From contig JAWAFZ010000010.1 of assembly GCA_038890155.1 (NCBI GenBank), forward strand, positions 1 to 24,000: 24,000 bases of DNA, written 5' to 3'. Under the pieces are notes generated by a model. That model was not told the origin of the DNA. It made no database searches and was given only the letters and a program-made list of their open reading frames with translations. The position numbers and the translations under genes are program-made. Shown piece after piece: positions 14,350 to 22,495 of this stretch; position 1 is the stretch's first letter; each line of letters opens with the position of its first letter. The stretch comes from Candidatus Caldarchaeum sp. (GTDB lineage: Archaea; Thermoproteota; Nitrososphaeria_A; Caldarchaeales; Caldarchaeaceae).

Positions 14350-15273
14350 ATGCGTGTCGAGGACCTCCGGCTAGGTAGAGAAGTCTCAGCCGTCGGGCTG
14401 CTGAGGATGATGTCTAGGATGGGCGGGTTTATGGGCATGCACGTAGGCCGTGCGTTCGAGGTTCTCAGCGAAATGGTGAGGGATGAATCGTGCCTGAGGG
14501 GCTTGTCCTTCACCGGCAACTTGGTGGCCACGGGTCTTCGGGGAGTATTGGTGGAACTTCTGCGGAGAAAGCTTTTCGACCTCGTGGTGACGACTTGCGG
14601 CGCTTTAGACCATGACATCGCCCGCACACGTTCCTTCTACAGGCAGGGGAGCTTCGACTCCGACGACTGGCGGCTCGCCGAGAAGAACATCCACAGGCTT
14701 GGAAGCGTCTTCATAGACCAGGAGAGCTACGGCGTCGTGGTTGAGAAGGAGGTTAAGAGCCTGCTCGACGAAGTTGGGCTTGAGGGGAGGGTTGCGGGCC
14801 ACAGGCTTTGCTGGATGCTCGGCGAGAGGCTTGGGTCGGAGAGCTCAATCCTCTACTGGTGCTGGAGGAACAAGATACCGGTGTTCGTTCCAGGGATAAT
14901 TGACGGCGCCGTCGGATACCAGCTCTGGCTTCAGGGAGGGAAGAGAGGTGTTTACGTAGACTTGGTCGCAGACATGAACCTCCTCGACGAGATGATGTGG
15001 AAGGCTGGCAGGAAGGGAGGGCTTTTGGTGGGCGGAGGCATATCCAAGCATCATCTCCTCTGGTGGTCTCAGTTCGGTGGTGAGGGTCTCGACTACGCCG
15101 TCTACATATCGGCAGCTGACGAATATGACGGAAGCCTCAGCGGTGCAAGACCCCGTGAAGCAGTATCATGGCACAAAGTCTCGCCCAAGTCTAGGCAGGT
15201 GTTCGTTAAGGGAGATGCGACGATCGTCCTCCCCCTTCTCGCTCTCGGGCTGGTCCAGTCCCTGGAGGGTTAA
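14350..15273 (+). CDS. dys: Deoxyhypusine synthase
   Basis: 307 aa with DHS signatures: VVTTCGALDHD, GIIDGAVG, GGGISKHH, and DEYDGSLSGARPREAVSWHKV carrying the catalytic Lys in the SW(G/H)K context. Confidence 0.92.
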   Translation: MRVEDLRLGREVSAVGLLRMMSRMGGFMGMHVGRAFEVLSEMVRDESCLRGLSFTGNLVATGLRGVLVELLRRKLFDLVVTTCGALDHDIARTRSFYRQGSFDSDDWRLAEKNIHRLGSVFIDQESYGVVVEKEVKSLLDEVGLEGRVAGHRLCWMLGERLGSESSILYWCWRNKIPVFVPGIIDGAVGYQLWLQGGKRGVYVDLVADMNLLDEMMWKAGRKGGLLVGGGISKHHLLWWSQFGGEGLDYAVYISAADEYDGSLSGARPREAVSWHKVSPKSRQVFVKGDATIVLPLLALGLVQSLEG

Positions 15274-16478
15274 GAGCTCAACTCTTCGACGCTCTGTTTA
15301 ACGAGCCTAACAGCCTTTTCCACATCCCTCGTAGAGACGAAGATCCTGATGGACGAGCTTATGGTGAGGATTCCGTAGACGTTGATGGCGTTGGAGGCTA
15401 GCGGCTGGACAACCCGGTGAACGATTCCAGGCACGATCTCAAGCATGGGGCCGTAGATTCTGATGAGGCTGAGGTGGGGAAAGTGGCTCACAGCCTTCCC
15501 CAAGCCGTGGCCAACGAAGTAGTCGTGAAGCTTCTCGACAACATCACCGTCCCCGTCCAAGTAAAGTATCATCGACTCCTCCTCGACGGAGACTGCGAGC
15601 ACCCTGGCACCGGACATTCTCAAAGCCGACACGGCTGCGGAGATCTTCTCTGGGTCCTTCATCGACCTGCCTAGAATAGTCACCATAGTGGCGTTTGTGT
15701 TGTCGAGGCTTACGTCTAGCCTCGGCTTGTCCTCTCCTATTATGACTGTCCCGGTCGTTTCCAAGCTGTCCAGAGAGCCTATCCTTACCTTACCCCGTGG
15801 ATGAAGGAAAGACAAGGCTTTGGAGTGGATTATCTTGGCTCCTCCCTTGCTTAGCTGTAAAACCTCTTCGACGGTCAAAACCTCGAGAACGTTCGTGTTC
15901 GAGACGTTCTTCGGGTCTGATGAATACACGCCTGCCACATCCTTCAATAGAATCACTTCTTCGGCGTCGAGGCAGTTGGCGAGAACTAAGGCCGTAGTGT
16001 CGCTTCCTCCCCTGCCCATGGTCGTTATCCTGCCTGTTTTCGAAACTGCGACGAACCCGCAGACAACAGGCACAACGCCGGCCTTGAGCATCTTTTCCAA
16101 GCCGTTCCTAACCCGTATTCTGCATTCTTCTAAGATGGGCGTTGAGTCGAGGTGCTTGTCGTCGCTCACGATAGGCCATTCATCCATGCTCGGGTCGATG
16201 AAGACAGCCTCCAGCCCATGTTTCTGAAGAGCCACTGCGAACAGCCTTGCGCTAGTCCTCTCCCCCATGGCTAGAATTTCGTCAACCATGGCTGGCGATG
16301 CTTCAGGGTTGATTCGCTGTATTGTCTTGAGAAGGTCATCTGTCACTCCTTTCAGAGCTGAAACAACGACTACCACCTCTCCCCTTCGACGCAGTCTCTC
16401 AACGTACTCTGCTGCTTTCCTGAGGCTATCATCGTCAGACAATACAGACCCGCCGAACTTGACGACAACCCTAGCCAA
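15270..16478 (-). CDS. Aspartate kinase (amino-acid kinase domain plus C-terminal ACT domains)
   Basis: 402 aa with VVVKFGGSVL, VVVVSALKGVTDDLL, GRGGSDTTA and VYSSDP motifs, then a ~150-aa ACT-like tail. TTG start at 16478 (TAG immediately upstream in frame), preceded by a GGGGTGGAT SD-like element. Confidence 0.88.
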   Translation of the reverse strand: MARVVVKFGGSVLSDDDSLRKAAEYVERLRRRGEVVVVVSALKGVTDDLLKTIQRINPEASPAMVDEILAMGERTSARLFAVALQKHGLEAVFIDPSMDEWPIVSDDKHLDSTPILEECRIRVRNGLEKMLKAGVVPVVCGFVAVSKTGRITTMGRGGSDTTALVLANCLDAEEVILLKDVAGVYSSDPKNVSNTNVLEVLTVEEVLQLSKGGAKIIHSKALSFLHPRGKVRIGSLDSLETTGTVIIGEDKPRLDVSLDNTNATMVTILGRSMKDPEKISAAVSALRMSGARVLAVSVEEESMILYLDGDGDVVEKLHDYFVGHGLGKAVSHFPHLSLIRIYGPMLEIVPGIVHRVVQPLASNAINVYGILTISSSIRIFVSTRDVEKAVRLVKQSVEELSS

Positions 16479-16546
16479 CTACATCCACCCCTAGACGGTC
16501 ATGGCGAAGCGTCAACTCGGTGAACCCGGCGGCTCAGCGGGAGATC

Positions 16547-16558
16547 GTTATTTAAACG
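16547..16558 (-). promoter_or_regulatory. Candidate TATA box for aspartate kinase (leadered transcript)
   Basis: The minus strand reads CGTTTAAATAAC immediately after the stop of the upstream Mo-hydroxylase gene and ~74 nt upstream of the aspartate kinase TTG. Confidence 0.35.
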
Positions 16559-18820
16559 TTATCTACGTTGTTTAACAAGCCAGTAAACCCTTTCAGGCGT
16601 CATCGGGGCCTCCAGAGGCCTCACTCCGGCGGCGTCGTGGATTGCGTTGGCGATTGCTGGGGCGACTGATATTATGCCGATCTCCCCGATGCCCTTGGCT
16701 CCGAAGGGCCCCGACTCCTCGTGGTCTTCCACGGGAATCGCCTCTATGTCTGGAACATCCTTAATCGAGGGTATGAGGTAGGTTGAGAGGTTGGTTGTTA
16801 GCAGCCTTCCATCTCGTATTTTCACGTCCTCGAGGAGTGCGAAGCCAACGCCTTGTGCTGCCGCCCCCTCCATCTGGCCTGTCAAGGTTTGAGGGTTAAC
16901 AACTCTCCCTACGTCGGCGGCTGTCACTAAGTTTTTCACAGACACGGCTCCGGTCAAAGTGTTGAGCTCAACAAGCACGAGGGTTGCCCCGAACATGTAG
17001 AAGAGATGCGGGATCTCGAGAGACCCGGGAATGGGCTCCACTCGGGGAACTTCGTAGACTCCCACAACGCTCCTCCCGACTCCCGTTTTTTCAAGGATCT
17101 CAGATACGCTGCAGAGAGATATTTCATGGCCTGTTGAAGTTATCACGGCTCCGTTGCGTAGGGAGACTTCGCCGACAGGCCTTCCGTAGTGAAGCTCAAG
17201 CCCCCTCTTTATCGCCTCGACCATTAGGGATGCAGCCTTTCTCAGTGCGTTTCCGGCTAGGAACAGCTGGCGTGATGCCGACGTCACGCTTGTGTCGGGC
17301 GTCTCGGCGGTATCTGCGAAGAAGACCTCGATTTTGTCGATGCTTGTGTTCAGAGCCTCGGCGGCCAGCTGGGCTATTGCTTGGACAACTCCCTGACCTA
17401 TTTCCGTGAAGCTGCCCTTGACGTTGAACCCTCCGTCCAGCCTAAGCTCAAGCCCTATGCTGCCCTTGTCTGGAAGAGCCCCGAGCGTGTAGCCCTTCAT
17501 GGCCGCTGCAACGCCAACTCCACGCCTTATCCACGGAGCACTGGGTTCTTTCTTCAGCCTCTCCCTCTCCCTCCAGACTGGATGGTTCCTCAGGGCCTCG
17601 AGGCATTTTTTGACGCCGACGCTTCCAACCAGCTTGTTCCTGAAAACTCCGTAATCTCCTTTCTGGACGACGTTCAACAGCCTGAATTCCAGCGGGTCGT
17701 ATCCCAGCTCTTCAGCAAGCTGGTCGACCTGCTGCTCCATGGCGAAGTGGACTTGAGGAGCTCCGAAGCCTCTGAAAGCTGATGCGACCATGTTGTTTGT
17801 GTATACAAGCCAAGCCTTGATGTCTATGTTGGGTATTCTGTAAGGGCCGTTGCAGGTCTCCATGGCCACGTCAAGAACAGCAGGGCCTAGGGCTGCGTAA
17901 GCACCGGTGTCGTAAACTATCTCGACGCTGTTGGCTGTTAGCCTGCCGTCCGACGACGCCCCCGTCTTCATCCTCACGACAGAAGAATGTCTCTTCGTGC
18001 CCGCCAAGGTCGACTCCTCTCTGCTCCACACAAGCCTAGCCGGCCTCCCTGTCTTCAGAGTGACGAGTGCAAGATGTATCTGCACAGATATGTCGTCTTT
18101 CCCGCCGAAAGCTCCTCCGACGTGAGGTATCACGACCCTCACCTTCTCGGGTGGCAGGTTTAGCGTGGAAACTATTTCGTGATGGTCTCTGTAGGGGGAC
18201 TGGCCGCCGGCTACGACAGTTATCCTGCCCAGCTCATCTATGTAGGAGACCCCGGCCTCGGTCTCGAGATATGCATGGCTCTGCGGATATGTTCTGTAAG
18301 TGTTCTCTACGACAACTTTTGACTGTCTAAAGCCTTTGTCTACATCGCCGAAAGCTATTCTCGTGCTTCTGCAGATGTTGCTGTTCTCATGTATCTTGAA
18401 GCTTGAAGGCTTCATGGCCTCAGAAGGGTCTGAAACAACCGGTAAGGGCTCGTACTCCACCCTGATCTCTCCGAGGGCTTCCTCAGCCTCCTCCCTCGAC
18501 TCCGCAGCGACAAGCGCCACCGGGTCTCCTATGTACCTTACCCGGTCGTCGCACAAGACCGGCCTGTCCTTGACAAACAAGCCGTATCGGTTGTTCGGAA
18601 CATCCCGGTGGGTGAAAACTCCTGCGACGCCGGGCATTCGAGCGGCCTTGGACACGTCTATGTTGAGGATTCGTGCGTGTGGATGCTTGCTCCGAAGCGT
18701 TGCGACCCAGAGACAGTCATCGAGAACGATGTCGGAGGCGAACTTGGTTTTCCCAGATGCTTTTTCGTACGCGTCTCTTCTGGCTATTCGGCGACCGACC
18801 CACTTAGCTTCGACCGTCAT
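16559..18820 (-). CDS. Mo-hydroxylase large (molybdopterin-binding) subunit, xanthine dehydrogenase/aldehyde oxidoreductase type (L2)
   Basis: 753 aa with RRDAYEKASGKTKFASDI, GGAFGGK, active-site loop SAFRGFGAPQVHFA and C-terminal AKGIGEIG (catalytic Glu). The ATG overlaps the stop of the FAD subunit gene by 4 nt. Confidence 0.9.
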   Translation of the reverse strand: MTVEAKWVGRRIARRDAYEKASGKTKFASDIVLDDCLWVATLRSKHPHARILNIDVSKAARMPGVAGVFTHRDVPNNRYGLFVKDRPVLCDDRVRYIGDPVALVAAESREEAEEALGEIRVEYEPLPVVSDPSEAMKPSSFKIHENSNICRSTRIAFGDVDKGFRQSKVVVENTYRTYPQSHAYLETEAGVSYIDELGRITVVAGGQSPYRDHHEIVSTLNLPPEKVRVVIPHVGGAFGGKDDISVQIHLALVTLKTGRPARLVWSREESTLAGTKRHSSVVRMKTGASSDGRLTANSVEIVYDTGAYAALGPAVLDVAMETCNGPYRIPNIDIKAWLVYTNNMVASAFRGFGAPQVHFAMEQQVDQLAEELGYDPLEFRLLNVVQKGDYGVFRNKLVGSVGVKKCLEALRNHPVWRERERLKKEPSAPWIRRGVGVAAAMKGYTLGALPDKGSIGLELRLDGGFNVKGSFTEIGQGVVQAIAQLAAEALNTSIDKIEVFFADTAETPDTSVTSASRQLFLAGNALRKAASLMVEAIKRGLELHYGRPVGEVSLRNGAVITSTGHEISLCSVSEILEKTGVGRSVVGVYEVPRVEPIPGSLEIPHLFYMFGATLVLVELNTLTGAVSVKNLVTAADVGRVVNPQTLTGQMEGAAAQGVGFALLEDVKIRDGRLLTTNLSTYLIPSIKDVPDIEAIPVEDHEESGPFGAKGIGEIGIISVAPAIANAIHDAAGVRPLEAPMTPERVYWLVKQRR

Positions 18821-19695
18821 CGTCCAACCAGCTCCGCAAGATGTCGCAGGGTCATGTAGACGTAGTTCGTGGCGAGCTCACGCCTGTAAGCAGCAGAGCC
18901 CCTAACGTCGTCTATGGGGTTTATAGACTGCTGGACGGCTTCAGCCGCCCTCACAGCAGTCTCTTTGTCGAGCCTGCTTCCTTTCAGGATCTCCTCGGTC
19001 TTCTCAGCCCTCACCACCGTCGGCGCCACAGCTCCCAGAGCTACTCTGGCATCCGAAACAGTCCTCGTGGCTTCATCCCACTCGAGGAGGACTGCTCCGT
19101 TAACCACAGCTATGGCGTCTCCCTGCCTAAGCCCGTGCTTGAAGAACTTCCCGTACTGGGCTCCCGTAAGCTGGTTGAATGAAACCTCTACAAGCAGCTC
19201 ATCGGGCTTGAGGTCAAGCTTCTTATAGCCCTTGTAGAAATCTCTCACAGCAACCGTTCTCGACGAGCTTCTGCTTCTCAGAAGGAGACTCGCCTCCAAG
19301 ACGTAGAGAGCTGGGAGCGAGTCGGCTGCTGGCGATGCGTTGACTATGTTGCCTGCTATGGTCGCTTTGTTAAGGATCTGGGTTGAGCCTATCGTCGAAC
19401 TGGCCTCAGCGAGGACAGGGGCTGACCTCCGTATAATGGGTGATTTTACGATTGATGAGAAGTCGGTCAGGGCTCCCAATTTGACGACGGCGTCTTCGAG
19501 CCTTATGTACCGTAGCTCCTCCAGCCCATAGATGTTGAGAAGATCTGTCTTATCCACGACGCCGTGCTTCATCTGGACGACGAGGTCTGTTCCTCCAGCC
19601 AGGACCCTAACCCTTCCAGCTCTCTCGCCTAGGAGATGCAGAGCTTCATCCAGGGACTTGGCCGTCAGAACGTCAACGTCTGCCAGGGAACGCAT
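18817..19695 (-). CDS. Mo-hydroxylase medium subunit, FAD-binding (CoxM/CutB/XdhB-like)
   Basis: 292 aa with the FAD-binding PCMH-type domain pattern LAGGTDLVVQMK and ATIAGNIVNASPAADS, plus a CO-dehydrogenase-flavoprotein C-terminal-like region (DDVRGSAAYRREL). It starts 3 nt after the small-subunit stop. Confidence 0.9.
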   Translation of the reverse strand: MRSLADVDVLTAKSLDEALHLLGERAGRVRVLAGGTDLVVQMKHGVVDKTDLLNIYGLEELRYIRLEDAVVKLGALTDFSSIVKSPIIRRSAPVLAEASSTIGSTQILNKATIAGNIVNASPAADSLPALYVLEASLLLRSRSSSRTVAVRDFYKGYKKLDLKPDELLVEVSFNQLTGAQYGKFFKHGLRQGDAIAVVNGAVLLEWDEATRTVSDARVALGAVAPTVVRAEKTEEILKGSRLDKETAVRAAEAVQQSINPIDDVRGSAAYRRELATNYVYMTLRHLAELVGR

Positions 19696-19698
19696 CGG

Positions 19699-20166
19699 CT
19701 AAACACCTGAAGCTGTCCTCACCGCCTTGATTATCTTGACGTAGCCCGTGCATCTGCAAAGGTTTCCCCTTAAACTCTCCCTGATATCATCCGTCGAGGG
19801 CGTCGGATTCTCCCTCAGCAGGTCTTCCGTAGCCATCACCAGGCCGGGCGTGCAGTAGCCGCACTGAACCGCTCCCTCAGACGCGAATGCGTCGACGATC
19901 CTTGGGTCTGCCCCCTCAACAGTGACAACCTCCATCCCCTGCACCTGAGCCGTTAGCGTAAGGCATGAATGCACCGCTCTCCCGTTCAGCAGAACCGTGC
20001 AGGCTCCGCAGTCCCCGCTGCTGCATCCATCCTTAGTCCCCGTAAGCTTGAGAACGTATCTAAGCGTTTCGAGCAGGGTGTACGCGGGCGGGGCTTTCAC
20101 TGAGACGGGTTGGCCGTTGAGCTTGAACGAGAACTCCCGGACAACACGGCCGCCTGTCATCGTCAT
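19699..20166 (-). CDS. Mo-hydroxylase small subunit, two [2Fe-2S] clusters (CoxS/CutC/XdhC-iron-sulfur type)
   Basis: 155 aa with CSSGDCGACTV (plant-type cluster) and CGYCTPG...CRCTGY (second cluster). Confidence 0.92.
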   Translation of the reverse strand: MTMTGGRVVREFSFKLNGQPVSVKAPPAYTLLETLRYVLKLTGTKDGCSSGDCGACTVLLNGRAVHSCLTLTAQVQGMEVVTVEGADPRIVDAFASEGAVQCGYCTPGLVMATEDLLRENPTPSTDDIRESLRGNLCRCTGYVKIIKAVRTASGV

Positions 20167-20196
20167 AATTGTAGCGGTGTTGCTTATAGCTGTATT

Positions 20197-22461
20197 TCAG
20201 CGACCACCACTCTTTAAAACCATCCACACTTTGAATGGTGTCAGAGGTGTTTCGTCGACAGGCTTTCCGATAGCATCCTCGACCGCGTTGACGATAGCCT
20301 GCGTGAGCCCGATTGTTGACGCCTCGCCCACGCCCTTCGCCTTGAGCGGGTTGTTCGCAGGAGTTACCGTCCTCTCGGCGACTATCTCCGGAATCTCCAT
20401 GGAGCTGGGAATCAAGTAGTCCGCGAAGCTAGAGACCAGAGGAGACCCGTCCTCCCCGAACTCGAGGCTTTCGTAAAGAGCCTGGCCTATGGCCTGCGCA
20501 GCGCCTCCGACAACCTGTCCTTCGACGAGCAAGGGGTTGATCACCTCGCCGCAGTCGTTGACCATCACAATCTTGCGTATGAAGACTCTGCCTGTCTCCG
20601 GGTCGACTTCAACGACGGCGAGATGTGCTCCGAACGGGTATGTTAACTCTGGGACGTAGTGTTCCAGCGCTTCAAGCCCAAGCTCCATGTCCTCTGGAAG
20701 GCTGTCTGGGTCGTAAGCTGCTTCAGCAACATCCTTGACGTATACTCTCCTGCTAGGGTCGTCCTTCACCATCAAGGCTCCTCGTTCAAAAAGAAGGTCA
20801 TCGACACGGCACTCAAGCATGTGGGCGGCGATACGGGTCATCTTCTCACGCACTTTGATGCAGGCCTTAAGAACAGCGTTCCCGCCTGATGGAAGCGTCC
20901 AGCTTCCTGCCGTGCCGCTGCCTGGAGGACCCAACGCCGTGTCGCTGTGCACGACTGTTATCTTTTCGACCGGCACTCCCAGCGTGTCAGAGACAATTTG
21001 GGCGAAAGCTGTTTCGTCTCCTTGCCCGTGCGGCGACGTCCCGCTGTAAACATGCACGGACCCGTCTGGCTCGACTCGCACGTACGCTGGCTGGTGGAGG
21101 AAGTTGCAGACTTCGACGTAAGTTGAGATGCCTATGCCCAGATAACGACCCGTGGACCGCATCTCACGCTGCTGCCTTCTTAGCTCGCCGTAGTTTGAGA
21201 CGTGTAGAAGCTTGTCTAGGGCCTTTCCGTAGTCCCCTGTGTCGTAGGTCGAGCCGACTCCGTTGTTGTACGGGAAATCCTCCGGCTTGATGAAGTTAGT
21301 TTTTCTGACCTCCGCAGGGTCGAGGCCTAGTTTAGACGCCAGCCTGTCGACAGCTCTCTCTATAAAGTAAGATGCTTCAGGCCTTCCAGCACCCCTGTAA
21401 GGTGCAATCGGAGTTTTGTTGGTGTAGACACCCAACGCCTTGACCAGCACGTTTCTAATCTTGTAGCAGCCGGTCATCATTCTCAAGACACTCGACGACA
21501 TGTTTCTCGAATAGATGTAGGAGTAAGCTCCTATGTCAGCCGTGGTCTCAGCCTTCAGCCCTAGTATCCTGCCATCACGGGAGGCAGCTAGCTCAACCCT
21601 GCCATGCATGCTCCGGCCATGGCTTGTTGTCGTGAAGTTCTCCGTCCTCGTCTCAAACCAAGCCACGGGTCTGCGGAGTTTTTTAGAGAGAATCGACGCT
21701 AGCAAGTCCTCGGGATAGATGTTCAGCTTCGAGCCAAAGCCTCCGCCGACATCAGGCGCAATCACTCTTACAGAGTTCTGGCCGACGCCGAGCTTGTAGG
21801 CGATGAACTCTCTTACCTTGTGAGGGTTCTGTGATGAGACGTAGAGTGTGTAGAAGTCGGTTGAGGGGTTGTATGAAGCCACAACACCCCTCGTTTCCAT
21901 CGAGGCAGGCGCGAGCCTCTGTATCTTAAAACTAGCCGAGACCACTTCATCGGCTTTTCTGAAAGCTTCGTCGACGTCGCCGACCTGCCTGGACATTCTA
22001 AAGTAGATGTTGGAGCTTAAATGGTCGTGGATTAGGGGAGCGCCGGGGGATAAGGCTTCTTCGGGAGTCATAACCGCTTTCAACGGCTCGTAAACAACCT
22101 CCACTTCCTCGGCCGCGTCAACCCCTCTGGCGTATGACTCGGACACGACGACGGCAACAGGCTCGCCGACGTATCTTGCCTTCCGGTCGGCTAGAATTTT
22201 TTGATGAACCGGGTAGGCGTTCTCCGTTGCTTCCTCGGCATCAATCTCGATAGGCTCAAAGTCTCTGTGGGTGTACGCCGCCAAAACACCATGCTTGACG
22301 GCCTTGCTTACGTCAACTTCCTTTATCCATGCGTGGGCGTACCTGCTTCTGACTACGTGCATGTAAACCATGCCCGGCAGTTTAAGGTCCGAGACATAAG
22401 TTGCCAGGCCTTGGAGAAACTTCCTGTCGTTAATTCTTTTCAGAGGCTTTCCAACCAGCAT
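20197..22461 (-). CDS. Mo-hydroxylase large subunit, form-II CoxL-like (L1)
   Basis: ~754 aa with KRINDRKFLQGLATYVSDL, GGGFGSK, active-site loop APYRGAGRPEASYF (AYRGAGR type, not the VAYRCSFR of true CO dehydrogenases) and KGVGEAS. The track starts at TTG 22464; the adjacent ATG at 22461 is the more likely start. Confidence 0.9.
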   Translation of the reverse strand: MLVGKPLKRINDRKFLQGLATYVSDLKLPGMVYMHVVRSRYAHAWIKEVDVSKAVKHGVLAAYTHRDFEPIEIDAEEATENAYPVHQKILADRKARYVGEPVAVVVSESYARGVDAAEEVEVVYEPLKAVMTPEEALSPGAPLIHDHLSSNIYFRMSRQVGDVDEAFRKADEVVSASFKIQRLAPASMETRGVVASYNPSTDFYTLYVSSQNPHKVREFIAYKLGVGQNSVRVIAPDVGGGFGSKLNIYPEDLLASILSKKLRRPVAWFETRTENFTTTSHGRSMHGRVELAASRDGRILGLKAETTADIGAYSYIYSRNMSSSVLRMMTGCYKIRNVLVKALGVYTNKTPIAPYRGAGRPEASYFIERAVDRLASKLGLDPAEVRKTNFIKPEDFPYNNGVGSTYDTGDYGKALDKLLHVSNYGELRRQQREMRSTGRYLGIGISTYVEVCNFLHQPAYVRVEPDGSVHVYSGTSPHGQGDETAFAQIVSDTLGVPVEKITVVHSDTALGPPGSGTAGSWTLPSGGNAVLKACIKVREKMTRIAAHMLECRVDDLLFERGALMVKDDPSRRVYVKDVAEAAYDPDSLPEDMELGLEALEHYVPELTYPFGAHLAVVEVDPETGRVFIRKIVMVNDCGEVINPLLVEGQVVGGAAQAIGQALYESLEFGEDGSPLVSSFADYLIPSSMEIPEIVAERTVTPANNPLKAKGVGEASTIGLTQAIVNAVEDAIGKPVDETPLTPFKVWMVLKSGGR

Positions 22462-22479
22462 CAACTAAAGCTGGTCAGG

Positions 22480-22495
22480 CATGTTAAAAAACATG
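22480..22495 (-). terminator. 16-nt perfect palindrome containing a T6 run; probable terminator of the HEAT gene and/or TATA-like element for the Mo-hydroxylase operon
   Basis: The minus strand reads TGA-CATGTTTTTTAACATG. CATGTT and AACATG are reverse complements. The T6 run starts 5 nt after the HEAT-protein stop, and the AT core is centred ~26 nt upstream of the L1 ATG (22461). Confidence 0.45.

Noticed and set aside
20197-22464. Calling the L-S-M genes a genuine aerobic CO dehydrogenase (coxLSM)
   Set aside because: The form-I CoxL active-site signature VAYRCSFR is absent. L1 has APYRGAGR (form-II-like, substrate unknown) and L2 has AFRGFG. Only the generic Mo-hydroxylase call is supported.
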